Below, one piece after another: positions 1-9,306 of a stretch of 23,669 nucleotides of DNA; position 1 is the stretch's first letter; the number at the start of each line of letters is the position of its first letter. Location: assembly GCA_031372565.1 (NCBI GenBank), contig JANMLN010000052.1:1-23669 (forward strand). The letters are read 5' to 3'. This DNA comes from Gemmatimonadota bacterium. Lineage in GTDB: Bacteria > Gemmatimonadota > Gemmatimonadetes > Gemmatimonadales > Gemmatimonadaceae. A program made the position numbers and the translations under genes. The notes under the pieces are model-generated. The model searched no databases. It saw only the letters and a program-made list of their open reading frames with translations, and was not told where the DNA came from.

Positions 1-76
1 CGTCCTGAGCGCAGCGAAGGACCTGCTTTTTGTCGCTGAACAGCACAAGCAGGTCCTTCGCTGCGCTCAGGACGAC
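1..76. repeat. REP-like palindromic element (copy 1, may be clipped by window edge)
   Basis: Perfect 28-bp inverted repeat CGTCCTGAGCGCAGCGAAGGACCTGCTT (1-28) / AAGCAGGTCCTTCGCTGCGCTCAGGACG (47-74), immediately downstream of the M20 gene stop; related copy at 3976-4067. Confidence 0.85.
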
Positions 77-78
77 GA

Positions 79-1083
79 CTAGAGTCGTGCCAGCGCCTCG
101 TGCGCCAACAACTCGTACGCATCGACCGCGCGCACCAACTCCCCTTCATCGATGAACTCGTCATCGGTGTGCGCCACATGAATCGACCCCGGCCCGAACA
201 GGTACGGCTTGCCCCAGTTCGGCAGGTTCGGGATATCGGTCGCGAACGCCACGACCCCCGTGTTGAACCCGGGCACCGTGCTGAGTTGCACGGCGGGCAC
301 CATCGTGCCGAACTCGATCTCGGCGCGGCCACGCGCCCACGCGGTGAGCCGCGCTTCCACCGCGTCTGACGGCCCGACCAGGCGCGCCATCAGCCGTGCC
401 TCCGCACTCGGCGCGAGCACATTGTCGGCAACGCCGCCCGAGAGGAAGCCGATGTTGACCGTCGTGTCGCCAAGCAGCTCGTCCGTGGGCAACGCCAGCG
501 CATCGAGCTCCGAGAGCAACTTCACCAGCTCGGCTGTCGCGGAACGACCCAAGGCCGGATAGGCGGAGTGCGCCGCCTTGCCCGTCACGCGCACCAAGGC
601 GCGAATCGCCCCTTTGGTGCCCACGGCCAGCGCGCTCTCGGTCGGTTCACCATTGATCAGGATCTGGCTCGACGTCTGAAATCCGTTGGCCGCAATCGCA
701 CCGTCGTGGTTCGTTTCCTCACCCACCACGAACAGGAGCCCGACGCTGACGCCGGTCGCGCGCATCCGCTCGGCCGCTACGCACATGGCCGCGGCAATCC
801 CCTTGGCGTCGCACGACCCGCGCCCGTACAGCCGCCCATCGGCGCGGCGAGGTGGAATGAACGGCGGTACCGTGTCGAGGTGCGTCGAGAGCGTGACCCG
901 CGGCTGGGCCCCGCTCGTGGCGAGGATGTTCCAGCGCCCCTCGGACACCGGGATGCGCGTCAGCCGCCACTGACGGTCGCGCAGCACGGCTTCCATGCGC
1001 TCGAGTACCGGGCCTTCGGCCCCGGACGTGGAGTCGACTTCCACGAGATGCTCGGCGAGCGTGATCGGGTCAAGTGCGCTCAT
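79..1083 (-). CDS. M20 family metallohydrolase, ArgE/DapE-like (acetylornithine deacetylase-like)
   Basis: Motifs STHLDTV, GRGSCDAKG, VGEE, NGEPT, GKAAHS and C-terminal AHTDDE supply the M20 metal ligands; substrate cannot be resolved from sequence. Confidence 0.9.
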   Translation of the reverse strand: MSALDPITLAEHLVEVDSTSGAEGPVLERMEAVLRDRQWRLTRIPVSEGRWNILATSGAQPRVTLSTHLDTVPPFIPPRRADGRLYGRGSCDAKGIAAAMCVAAERMRATGVSVGLLFVVGEETNHDGAIAANGFQTSSQILINGEPTESALAVGTKGAIRALVRVTGKAAHSAYPALGRSATAELVKLLSELDALALPTDELLGDTTVNIGFLSGGVADNVLAPSAEARLMARLVGPSDAVEARLTAWARGRAEIEFGTMVPAVQLSTVPGFNTGVVAFATDIPNLPNWGKPYLFGPGSIHVAHTDDEFIDEGELVRAVDAYELLAHEALARL

Positions 1084-1246
1084 CGGGCTACGGTAACCCC
1101 CGCCCCACGCTCGGGCAATGCGCGCGACGCCCCGACGCTATACTTTTGTGTAGCCTGCCTGCGGTCCGCGTGACCCTTGCAGTGGCTCCGTTGCCAACAT
1201 GCGCCTCGCACATGCGACAGGCGCACCGGCCGAGAGAATCAACAAC

Positions 1247-3973
1247 ATGGCACATCCGGACTCGTTCAAGAGCCGCTCCACACTCGAAGTGGACGGCCGC
1301 CGCTACACGTACTTCCGCCTCGCCGCCGCCGACGCGCTGAGTGGCTCGCGCTCGGCGCGGCTCCCGTTCTCCTTGCGCATCCTGCTCGAGAACCTGCTGC
1401 GCAACGAGGACGGCGCCTTCGTGAAGGGGGCCGACGTCGAAGCGCTCGCGCGGTGGGACGTGAAGGGGAAGGCCGAGAAGGAGATCGCGTTCCGTACCGC
1501 GCGCGTGCTGCTGCAGGACTTCACCGGCGTACCGTGTGTCGTGGACCTGGCGGCCATGCGCGATGCGCTGGCCGGCTTGGGCGGCGACCCGACCAAGATC
1601 AACCCGCTGCAGCCGGTCGACCTGGTCATCGACCACTCGGTGCAGGTTGACGAATACGGCACGGACGCGGCGCTGCTGCTCAACACCAAGCTCGAGTACG
1701 AGCGGAACAACGAGCGCTACGAGTTTCTCCGCTGGGGCCAGACGGCGCTCGACAACTTCCGCGTGGTGCCGCCGGGCACGGGCAATTGCCATCAGGTGAA
1801 CCTCGAGTATCTGGCACAGGTGGCGTTCACGGCCACGGATGGCGCCGAGACGCTCGTCTACTGCGACTCGCTTGTCGGCACCGACTCGCACACGACGATG
1901 ATCAACGGCTTGGGCGTGCTCGGCTGGGGCGTGGGCGGCATCGAAGCCGAAGCCGCGATGCTCGGCCAGCCGGTGAGCATGCTCATTCCAGACGTGGTCG
2001 GCTTCAAGCTGCATGGACGGTTGCCTGCGGGCGCGACAGCGACCGACCTGGTGCTCACGTGCACCGAGATGCTCCGGAAGAAGAAGGTCGTCGGCAAGTT
2101 CGTCGAGTTCTATGGTGTGGGGTTGTCGTCGCTGGCGCTGGCCGACCGTGCCACCATCGCGAACATGGCGCCCGAGTACGGCGCGACGATGGGCTTTTTC
2201 CCGGTGGACGCCGAGACGCTCAAGTACCTGACGCTCTCCGGCCGCACGCCGGAGCAGGTGGCGCTGGTGGAGGCCTACACCAAGGCGCAGGGCCTCTTCC
2301 GCACGGATGCCACGCCGGATCCCGACTTCACCGACACGCTCGAGCTGGACCTGAGCACCGTGGTGCCGAGCCTCGCGGGCCCGAAGCGTCCGCAGGATCG
2401 CGTGCCGCTGTCGCAGTCCAAGGCGATGTATGCGGAGGCGTACAAGGCGCAGCGCGCGGCCGGCACGAAGGCCGACGCCAGCGCCGTCGCGGTGATGGAG
2501 GACGAAGGGACGCCGGTGCCCGCGTCGGTGAGCTGCACGTACAAGGGCCAGACCTTCGAGCTCAAGGATGGCGCCATCGTGATCGCCGCCATCACGAGCT
2601 GTACCAATACGAGCAACCCGAGCGTGATGCTCGCGGCGGGCCTGGTGGCGCAGAAGGCGGTGGCCAAGGGGCTCACGGTCAAGCCGTGGGTCAAGACGAG
2701 CATCGCGCCGGGGTCGAAGGTGGCGGCTGACTACTTCGCGAAGGCCGGCGTGCAACCAGCGCTCGATACGCTCGGCTTCAACATCGTCGGCTACGGCTGC
2801 ACGACGTGCATCGGCAACTCGGGGCCGCTCCCCGAGCCGATTTCCAAGGCGATCGACGACGGCAAGCTGACCGTGGCGGCCGTGCTCAGCGGCAATCGCA
2901 ACTTCGAAGGGCGCGTGAACCCGCAGACGCGGTTCAATTACCTGGCGAGCCCGCCGCTCGTGGTCGCGTATGCGCTCGCGGGGCGGATGGACATCGATCT
3001 CGACACGGAGCCGCTGGGCATTGGCACCGATGGTCCGGTGTTCCTGCGCGACGTGTGGCCGAGCTCGAAGGAAGTGGAGGACACGATCCTCTCGAGCGTG
3101 AAGCGCGAGATGTTCGTGACGCAGTACGCGAACGTGTTCGCGGGCGATGCCGCGTGGCAGGCCATCGCGGCGCCGACCGGGAGTCGGTACGCGTGGAACG
3201 ACGCGAGCACGTACGTGAAGCATCCGCCGTACTTCGAGGGGATGACGATGACGCCGCCGGGCGTCGTGCCCATCACCGGCGCGCGCGTGCTCGGCATGTT
3301 CGGCGACTCGATCACGACCGATCACATTTCGCCGGCCGGATCGATCGCGGAGAAGAGCCCCGCTGGTGTGTGGCTCAAGTCGCTCGGCGTCGCGAAGGCC
3401 GACTTCAACTCGTACGGCGCGCGTCGCGGCAATCACGAGGTGATGATGCGCGGCACGTTCGCCAACATCCGGCTCAAGAACGAGCTGACGCCCGGGTTGG
3501 AAGGCTGGTGGACACGCACCGCGCCGGGGGCGGAGCCGACGAGCTTCTTCGACGCGTCGCTCAGCTATGCGAGCACGAAGACGCCGCTCGTGATCGTGGC
3601 GGGCAAGGAGTACGGTACGGGGTCAAGCCGCGACTGGGCGGCCAAGGGGACGATGCTGCTGGGCGTGCGCGCGGTGATCGCCGAGAGTTTCGAGCGGATC
3701 CACCGGTCGAACCTGGTGGGGATGGGCGTGCTGCCGTGCGAGTTCGTGGATGGCGCGACGCGGCAGTCGTTGGGGCTGACGGGGTTCGAGACGCTCGAGT
3801 TCGTCGGGCTCGGCGAGTCGCTCAAGCCGCGGCAGCGGCTGTCGGTGCGCGCCACGGAGAACGGCGCGAGCAAGTCGTTCGAGGTGATGGTGCGGATCGA
3901 TACGCCGGAGGAGCTGCAGTACTACAAGAACGGCGGGATCCTGCCGTACGTGCTGCGGAACTTGGCACGCTAG
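1247..3973 (+). CDS. acnA: Aconitate hydratase A
   Basis: [47 protein letters not shown] and [12 protein letters not shown] (three 4Fe-4S Cys), [22 protein letters not shown]. Start set at ATG 1247 (MAHPDSF) rather than 1199. Confidence 0.97.
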   Translation: MAHPDSFKSRSTLEVDGRRYTYFRLAAADALSGSRSARLPFSLRILLENLLRNEDGAFVKGADVEALARWDVKGKAEKEIAFRTARVLLQDFTGVPCVVDLAAMRDALAGLGGDPTKINPLQPVDLVIDHSVQVDEYGTDAALLLNTKLEYERNNERYEFLRWGQTALDNFRVVPPGTGNCHQVNLEYLAQVAFTATDGAETLVYCDSLVGTDSHTTMINGLGVLGWGVGGIEAEAAMLGQPVSMLIPDVVGFKLHGRLPAGATATDLVLTCTEMLRKKKVVGKFVEFYGVGLSSLALADRATIANMAPEYGATMGFFPVDAETLKYLTLSGRTPEQVALVEAYTKAQGLFRTDATPDPDFTDTLELDLSTVVPSLAGPKRPQDRVPLSQSKAMYAEAYKAQRAAGTKADASAVAVMEDEGTPVPASVSCTYKGQTFELKDGAIVIAAITSCTNTSNPSVMLAAGLVAQKAVAKGLTVKPWVKTSIAPGSKVAADYFAKAGVQPALDTLGFNIVGYGCTTCIGNSGPLPEPISKAIDDGKLTVAAVLSGNRNFEGRVNPQTRFNYLASPPLVVAYALAGRMDIDLDTEPLGIGTDGPVFLRDVWPSSKEVEDTILSSVKREMFVTQYANVFAGDAAWQAIAAPTGSRYAWNDASTYVKHPPYFEGMTMTPPGVVPITGARVLGMFGDSITTDHISPAGSIAEKSPAGVWLKSLGVAKADFNSYGARRGNHEVMMRGTFANIRLKNELTPGLEGWWTRTAPGAEPTSFFDASLSYASTKTPLVIVAGKEYGTGSSRDWAAKGTMLLGVRAVIAESFERIHRSNLVGMGVLPCEFVDGATRQSLGLTGFETLEFVGLGESLKPRQRLSVRATENGASKSFEVMVRIDTPEELQYYKNGGILPYVLRNLAR

Positions 3974-3975
3974 CC

Positions 3976-4067
3976 GTCGTCCTGAGCGGAGGGCCGCACA
4001 GCGGCCCAGAGTCGAAGGACCTGCTTTTCTCGCCGAGAAGCAGGTCCTTCGCTGCGCTCGGGATGAC
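3976..4067. repeat. REP-like palindromic element (copy 2) with inserted side hairpin
   Basis: GTCGTCCTGAGCG...CGAAGGACCTGCTT...AAGCAGGTCCTTCGCTGCGCTCGGGATGAC, same arms as 1-76, plus internal GGGCCGC-ACA-GCGGCCC hairpin (3991-4007); starts 2 nt after the acnA stop. Confidence 0.85.
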
Positions 4068-4089
4068 AGATGCGTGAGAAAGGCCCGGA

Positions 4090-4127
4090 TTGCGTGCATA
4101 CGGTTACCTAGCTACACTGGCTAGCTA
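4090..4127 (+). promoter_or_regulatory. Sigma70-like promoter and probable autorepression operator of the TA operon
   Basis: TTGCGT (4090-4095), 17 bp, TACACT (4113-4118); palindromic TAGCTA at 4109-4114 and 4122-4127 straddles the -10. Confidence 0.6.
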
Positions 4128-4148
4128 AGTAGACTCTTCGAGGTTCCC

Positions 4149-4469
4149 ATGACGGAGTATGGCATGCACGAGGCCAAGACCCAGCTGTCGAAGCTGGTGG
4201 CGGACGCGATCGCGGGAGAGGAGATCGTCATCACGCGGGACGGCGTGCCGGCGGTGCGGCTCGTGCCGGTATCGCCCAAGAAGAAGACGGGGCGCAAGGA
4301 AGGCGGGTTCACCTTCACGCTGCCTGACGACTTCGATGCGCCCATGGGGCCGGAGTTCTGGGGGCCGGACTGGAAGCTGTTCGTGGACCCGGAGCACTGG
4401 CACCTGTTCGAGGACTCGGCCGATGATGCGGAGGGTCCCGATGGCGGCGAGACGACGGGCGGCATCTGA
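4149..4469 (+). CDS. Phd/YefM family antitoxin (VapB-type partner)
   Basis: MHEAKTQLSKLV...GEEIVITRDGVPAVRLVP is the Phd/YefM DNA-binding signature; LPDDFDAP motif; acidic tail; upstream of a PIN toxin. Confidence 0.9.
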   Translation: MTEYGMHEAKTQLSKLVADAIAGEEIVITRDGVPAVRLVPVSPKKKTGRKEGGFTFTLPDDFDAPMGPEFWGPDWKLFVDPEHWHLFEDSADDAEGPDGGETTGGI

Positions 4470-4488
4470 TCGGGTCAAGGAGGGGCGC

Positions 4489-4890
4489 GTGGCGTTCGAC
4501 GTACCCACTCGCTACCTCCTCGACACGGCGACCCTCATTCGCTGGGCCGCACCGACGTTGCGTGCGTCGGTACGTGCCCGGGCCGTGATCAACGACCAGC
4601 GCGTGCAGTGCTTCGTGAGCGCGGTGAGCGTGTACGAGATCGTGCTCAAGCACGCGATCGGGAGGCTGCCCGTTGCCGAGTCGTTCGCCATGAACATCCG
4701 GCAGTATCTCGACGAGCAGGAGTTCCTCACGCTCGGCGTGAGCGCCCGGCACGCGGAGGTGGCAGGGCGGTTGGGCGGTCACCGCGATCCGTTCGACCGG
4801 TTGTTGGCGGCGCAGGCGATCACCGATGGGCTCGTGATCGTGAGTCCGGATCCGGTGTTTGAGCGGTGGGGGGTGCGGCGGGTGTGGTAG
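4489..4890 (+). CDS. vapC: PIN-domain (VapC-family) toxin
   Basis: YLLDT, SAVSVYEI, HRDPFDRLLAAQA, IVSPD acidic PIN residues; GTG start at 4489 preceded by AAGGAGG. Confidence 0.88.
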   Translation: MAFDVPTRYLLDTATLIRWAAPTLRASVRARAVINDQRVQCFVSAVSVYEIVLKHAIGRLPVAESFAMNIRQYLDEQEFLTLGVSARHAEVAGRLGGHRDPFDRLLAAQAITDGLVIVSPDPVFERWGVRRVW

Positions 4891-4900
4891 TCTCGATCGC

Positions 4901-4910
4901 GTTACAAGGC
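4901..4910. repeat. 10-bp direct repeat GTTACAAGGC, left copy
   Basis: Identical 10-mer at 20961-20970; both copies are intergenic. The match is certain, its meaning is not. Confidence 0.45.
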
Positions 4911-4915
4911 CCCAT

Positions 4916-4933
4916 ATAGGGCATTTGCCCTAT
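4916..4933. promoter_or_regulatory. Palindromic operator ATAGGGCA-TT-TGCCCTAT upstream of the SARP/BTAD gene
   Basis: Perfect 8-2-8 inverted repeat; 15/17-identical copy at 19394-19410. Confidence 0.65.
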
Positions 4934-4968
4934 TGCCGGGCCAAGGAATCAATCGTTTGTTTGCGCTC

Positions 4969-5769
4969 ATGACTCCCACCGGTCCCGGGGCCGCAGCGTC
5001 GGAGGGTGCGCCCGTAAAGGAGACCGAGACAGCCGCGGCGGCGTCAGCCGACGGTCCCGCCATCCGCCTACACCTGCTGGGCTCGGTGCGCCTATCGGGC
5101 ACAGCGAGTGCTGACGCCATCCTCGCGCAGCCGCGACGCACGGCCGTGCTGGCGTACCTGGCACTCGCGCAGCGCGCCGGCTTCGTTCGGCGCGACACTC
5201 TGGCTGCCGCCTTCTGGCCGGAGAACGACAGTGCGCGCGCGCGGACGGCGCTGCGTAAGGTTGTGCATGGGCTGCGCGAGGCGCTTGGCGAGGCGAGCAT
5301 TCAGTCCCGTGGCGACGAGGAGCTGCGACTGGCACCCTCGGTCGTGTGGTGCGACGTGACGCACTTCCGGCTTGCGATGTCCGCAGAAGACCACGAGGCC
5401 GCGTTGGTGCTTTACGAGGGCCCACTACTCGAAGGGTTCTTCGCCGACGCGCCAGAGTTCGAGCGTCTCGTGGAGACTGAGCGTCGCGCGTTCGCCGAGG
5501 CGGCCGCCGCGGCGGCGTGGCAGTTGGCGGATACCCACGAGAAGCACTCGCAGCCAACGCTGGCGACGCGGTGGGCTCGCCAGGCGGTGCGGATAGGAGG
5601 AGCCGATGAGCGATTGCTCAGGAAGTCGCTGCAGCTGCTGAAGCGGCAGGGAGACGTGGCGGGAGCGCTGGCGCTGTACGAGGAGTTTGCGGCGCGGATC
5701 CGCCGGGACCTTGAAGCCGAGCCGAGCCAGGAGACACGAGCGGTTGTGAGTGCGCTTCGCAGCGGCTGA
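4969..5769 (+). CDS. SARP/AfsR-family transcriptional activator (winged HTH + BTAD)
   Basis: IRLHLLGSVRL, RRDTLAAAFWPE...ARTALRKVVHGLREALG, VWCDV..F, LYEGPLLEGF and C-terminal DLEAEPSQET are typical SARP/BTAD segments. Confidence 0.88.
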   Translation: MTPTGPGAAASEGAPVKETETAAAASADGPAIRLHLLGSVRLSGTASADAILAQPRRTAVLAYLALAQRAGFVRRDTLAAAFWPENDSARARTALRKVVHGLREALGEASIQSRGDEELRLAPSVVWCDVTHFRLAMSAEDHEAALVLYEGPLLEGFFADAPEFERLVETERRAFAEAAAAAAWQLADTHEKHSQPTLATRWARQAVRIGGADERLLRKSLQLLKRQGDVAGALALYEEFAARIRRDLEAEPSQETRAVVSALRSG

Positions 5770-5937
5770 GCGGCGCTGTGTCGGGATCTCTCAAGGCGAA
5801 CGTCGGCTGCCTCTCATTCACTCAGGAACTCTCGCTGGCCGATGCGGGGGGGCACGGACGCGATCGTCCCTGAAAGAGCGCGGCGCAACAGCTTGGTACG
5901 CTCCGGCGAGGCCTGAATCGGCTCCCGAGGGTCACCG

Positions 5938-8316
5938 TCAGGGCCGCAGCGTGAACGGCCTGCTGACTGCTTGCGCGAGTCCGGCGCCTTTCGCGACGAG
6001 CGTGTATTTCCCGGCAGCACCGGTGACCGTTACCGCGTCAAACGACACCGCCCCTCCCTTCGTCGTTCGGGTCGGTATACCCCAGATCGATCCGTCGGCA
6101 CGGTGCATTCCGAGCTCGAGCGAGACGGTGTGGCTGCCAACCGCAACCACCTTGCCTTGCGCGTCGAGAACCTGCACCACCACCGCTGGCACGATCGGCT
6201 GCCCGGACGAAACGTCCGATGGCTGCTGCGCGAACGCGATGCGCACGGCAGGACTCGGCGCTCCAACGTCGAACGGCCGAGACTGCGTCGGCTGGAGCCG
6301 GGGTGATTCCGCTACCAAGACGGCGCCTGAGCCCGACTCCCGTACGGCCACCGTGGCGTCTGGGACCTTTCCGTCCCATCGAGCGCAGTACGTGCTCGAG
6401 CACGGGAGGAGGGGCAACTCCAAGCCGCCGACGAGTGTGGCACCGGAGGGACTGCTGAGCCGGAGCCGCACGCTGGCTTCAATGGGCTTGACCCATTCGT
6501 TGCCAATGCTGTCGGCCACGGCGACCTCGATCACGGGCAGTTGTGCACCGGCTCTGACTCCCGAACCGAGCACGCCGTCCGGAGACGGACCATTGCCGTG
6601 CCACACGAGCTGCGTCGCTGGACCTCGAGCCTGCGTCCACCCTACGGCCGCGCCGCTCAACCCGTCCGATGAGAACAGCAGCCGCGAGATGTCACCGGAC
6701 GCCACGCGTTGACGAAATCCGGACAACGAGAAGGTCGCCACGCCGCTCACGGCTCGCACGGTCGGTCCGACGGTGGTGCCCGTACGGGCGAGCGGGTACC
6801 CCGCCTGCCCCGGCTCGGCCACGGCTTCGCTGAATGGCTCCATCACCAGTCCCGTTGCATGTCGAGCGCCCATGCCAATGCTCGATGAGACCGTGACCGG
6901 GTTTGTCGCGCTTGCGGACCTCACCTCGTTTCCATCGGCGTCGATCAATTGCACGCGCAGCACGCCACTGAGTGGCACACCCGGCACCACGGTGGGCATC
7001 GTGTCGAGCAGGCGCATGCCGACGGGAGGTCCGCTCACGGCAAAGATGCCGCTCGCTGCCGGCGCGAGCGTGCTGTCGTCCACGGCGATCGCGACCAGCT
7101 TGACGCCTGATCCTCGTGCCATGCTGACCAGGTTCCCGAATTCGGCAACGCCGTTGGTGGCGGTCACAGTCGTCGTCCCGCCGAGGCCGGCGGTTCCGGT
7201 CGCCGCGATGGAAATGCGTGTTTTCGCCGTGGCGATCGTTTGCCCCGCGCAATCGTGCACGGCGACACGGGGCGGCGGGTTGAGCACGGCATGCGCGATG
7301 CTCGGCGCCGGCTGCGTGACGAAGGCGAGACGACATGGGACCGGGGCGGTCGTGTTGCGGTACCGGACGAAGCCGAGGGCGCCAAGCGCCATCACGCCCG
7401 CCACCGCCAACCAGCGTCGTTGCGCTCGTGCGCCACGTGCAAGGCTCGCCCAGGCGATCGCCGGTCGCGCGGGGGCATGGCTTGCCAAGGCGCGAGCGAA
7501 GGCATCCACGGAGGGAAAGCGTTCGGCGCGGGACTTGGCGAGGGCACGCCTGATGGCCGCGTCAACGGACACCGGCAGTTCCGGATGCACGGCGCGCACG
7601 GACGGTGGTGCCTCGCGGAGGTGCCGAGCTAGCACATCCTGCGGAGCCGCGCCCATGAACGGCGGCGCTCCCGTGAGCAGTTCGAACACGACGCAAGCCA
7701 ACGCATACTGGTCCGCCCGGCCGTCGAGGCGTCGGTCAGCGCCCACCTGCTCGGGACTCATGTAGGCCGGCGTCCCCATGGCGACGCCGGTGCTCGTGAT
7801 GCCGTCTGCGTCGGGGGAGCGCTCGATGAGCCGCGCAATCCCCAGGTCCGCTATGTAGGCCCGCCCGGATTCATCGAGGAGGATGTTACCGGGCTTGATG
7901 TCACGGTGGACCACGTTGTGGTCGTGCGCATGGCGGAGCGCCGCGGACACGTCGGAGGCGATCTGACGGGTGCGCTCGAGGGACTGGGGCCCTTCGCGGT
8001 CGAGCAGGTCACGGAGCGATCCACCCTCCATGAACGGCATGACGAAGTAGATGAAACGTCCTTCGCGTGCCCAGCGGAGAATGGGCACCACGCCGGGGTG
8101 ATGGAGCTGGCTCGCGATCTCGATTTCGCGGGTGAAGCGGAGGGCGTCACCGTCGGCGACGGGGTCGTCGAAAAAGACCTTGACGGCGACGGCCTGATTG
8201 GTGGCGCGGTCCACGCCGCGATACACGCGGGCGCGTGGTCGCGCTGCGATCTCGCGATCGAGGGTGATCGCGGGCGCGAGGAGCTGGTCGAGGAGGGAAC
8301 GGAGGGCGGCGGTCAT
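5938..8316 (-). CDS. Membrane Ser/Thr protein kinase with extracytoplasmic Ig-like repeats
   Basis: VAVK, HRDIKPGN, DLG, GTPAYMSPE, DQYALA; TM segment WLAVAGVMALGALGFV; about four beta-rich repeats (e.g. RLAFVTQP...GVAEF, RIAFAQQP...GAVSF). Confidence 0.92.
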   Translation of the reverse strand: MTAALRSLLDQLLAPAITLDREIAARPRARVYRGVDRATNQAVAVKVFFDDPVADGDALRFTREIEIASQLHHPGVVPILRWAREGRFIYFVMPFMEGGSLRDLLDREGPQSLERTRQIASDVSAALRHAHDHNVVHRDIKPGNILLDESGRAYIADLGIARLIERSPDADGITSTGVAMGTPAYMSPEQVGADRRLDGRADQYALACVVFELLTGAPPFMGAAPQDVLARHLREAPPSVRAVHPELPVSVDAAIRRALAKSRAERFPSVDAFARALASHAPARPAIAWASLARGARAQRRWLAVAGVMALGALGFVRYRNTTAPVPCRLAFVTQPAPSIAHAVLNPPPRVAVHDCAGQTIATAKTRISIAATGTAGLGGTTTVTATNGVAEFGNLVSMARGSGVKLVAIAVDDSTLAPAASGIFAVSGPPVGMRLLDTMPTVVPGVPLSGVLRVQLIDADGNEVRSASATNPVTVSSSIGMGARHATGLVMEPFSEAVAEPGQAGYPLARTGTTVGPTVRAVSGVATFSLSGFRQRVASGDISRLLFSSDGLSGAAVGWTQARGPATQLVWHGNGPSPDGVLGSGVRAGAQLPVIEVAVADSIGNEWVKPIEASVRLRLSSPSGATLVGGLELPLLPCSSTYCARWDGKVPDATVAVRESGSGAVLVAESPRLQPTQSRPFDVGAPSPAVRIAFAQQPSDVSSGQPIVPAVVVQVLDAQGKVVAVGSHTVSLELGMHRADGSIWGIPTRTTKGGAVSFDAVTVTGAAGKYTLVAKGAGLAQAVSRPFTLRP

Positions 8317-8612
8317 GGGTGACCGTGCCAGGCCAAGCGTGCGTCAGGTTGTGGAGGGAGGTGCTGTGGCACAATTGGTGCGCGCGAGATGGGGGCGGGG
8401 GCCATCTCGGGGGAAGTTCGGTGCAGGTGGGGGGAAGGGCAAGCGGTCGATAGCGACGCAGGGGGGCGGATGCGCGAGCGGTAGAATCGGTGGCCGCGCG
8501 CGCCTGTAGTGATGGGTGCCGCTTCACATTCCTGCGCGCCCTCAATCTCTTCATCGGCTGCGAAATCGGTACCCATTGCTCCGGCAGCAACCTCTGAAGT
8601 GCCATACTTCCG

Positions 8613-9206
8613 CTATGCTGTAATCCGGATGCTTGCGGCCTCATCGCTCGAGATACCGACTAGGCTCGATATTAGGCCGTGCAGGTGGACTATTGCGCCG
8701 GCGTGCTTGCCCTGTAATCCGCTGGCGGAAAGTGAGCTTACGAACGTGGCTACTTGCTCGTCGCGCCTGATTGTTCCAGCGAAGACCCCGGAGCAGTCAG
8801 AGGTGTCGAACCTGCAATCAATCTCCAACCTTCCCGAAAGCGGGAGGTCTCCGAGCGCCTCCACGATTGCGGCCCACTCGCCAATCGATATGTCGCGCGC
8901 GCGTTGACTCGTGCCAACGTTGCCGGCGAAAAGTGCACTCGCGCAGCCAGCGACCTCGGAGCCGCGCATTGCGGCGATTTCCGCGCCGTGACCGCTGACG
9001 CAGAGAACGCTCGACACCATGATGGGGCCGTTCCAAACGCCTTCCGCGCACGTCAGAACGACGTCTAGTGACACCCTTCTCTCCCTCCACTTGATCTCTG
9101 GTCCATCAGTTCCGGCCCGAAGACGTGAGAACGCTCGAGACCGCTCCAACACCATCCCTAGCAGACCTCCCAAGTCCCCAGTCGTCAAGCCAGCGATTTC
9201 TGGCAC
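8613..9206 (-). CDS. Hypothetical protein
   Basis: 197-aa ORF co-oriented with its neighbours, filling the gap between them; GTG start preceded by GAAGGGGG; no recognisable family. Confidence 0.5.
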   Translation of the reverse strand: MPEIAGLTTGDLGGLLGMVLERSRAFSRLRAGTDGPEIKWRERRVSLDVVLTCAEGVWNGPIMVSSVLCVSGHGAEIAAMRGSEVAGCASALFAGNVGTSQRARDISIGEWAAIVEALGDLPLSGRLEIDCRFDTSDCSGVFAGTIRRDEQVATFVSSLSASGLQGKHAGAIVHLHGLISSLVGISSDEAASIRITA

Positions 9207-9306
9207 ATCCCCCTTCGGCGTCGTGACCTCAGGGAGGCAACGGTGGCGCCCTGTAGGGGGGTCGAGGTGTCTTTGCGTGCACCCCAGGGTTGAGTAGGAA
9301 CCGTGC

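Noticed and set aside
1088..3436. 782-aa minus-strand ORF and other long overlapping ORFs (e.g. 2806-4077, 10882-12093, 17166-19088, 22704-23606)
   Set aside because: Arg/Ala-rich shadow frames of clear genes, expected in high-GC DNA; no motifs.
4159..4488. N-terminal extension of the PIN ORF overlapping the antitoxin
   Set aside because: Alternative frame of the antitoxin; a GTG with a strong SD at 4489 gives a normal-length VapC.
8386..8408. GAGATGG...CCATCTC inverted repeat and G-runs upstream of kinase 1
   Set aside because: 7-bp stem in GC-rich DNA with no second copy or U tract; could be chance.
9207..9306. Possible c-di-GMP riboswitch (CACGCAAAG on the minus strand)
   Set aside because: Lacks the preceding GGCAAA/GAAA tetraloop stem and the rest of the GEMM architecture.
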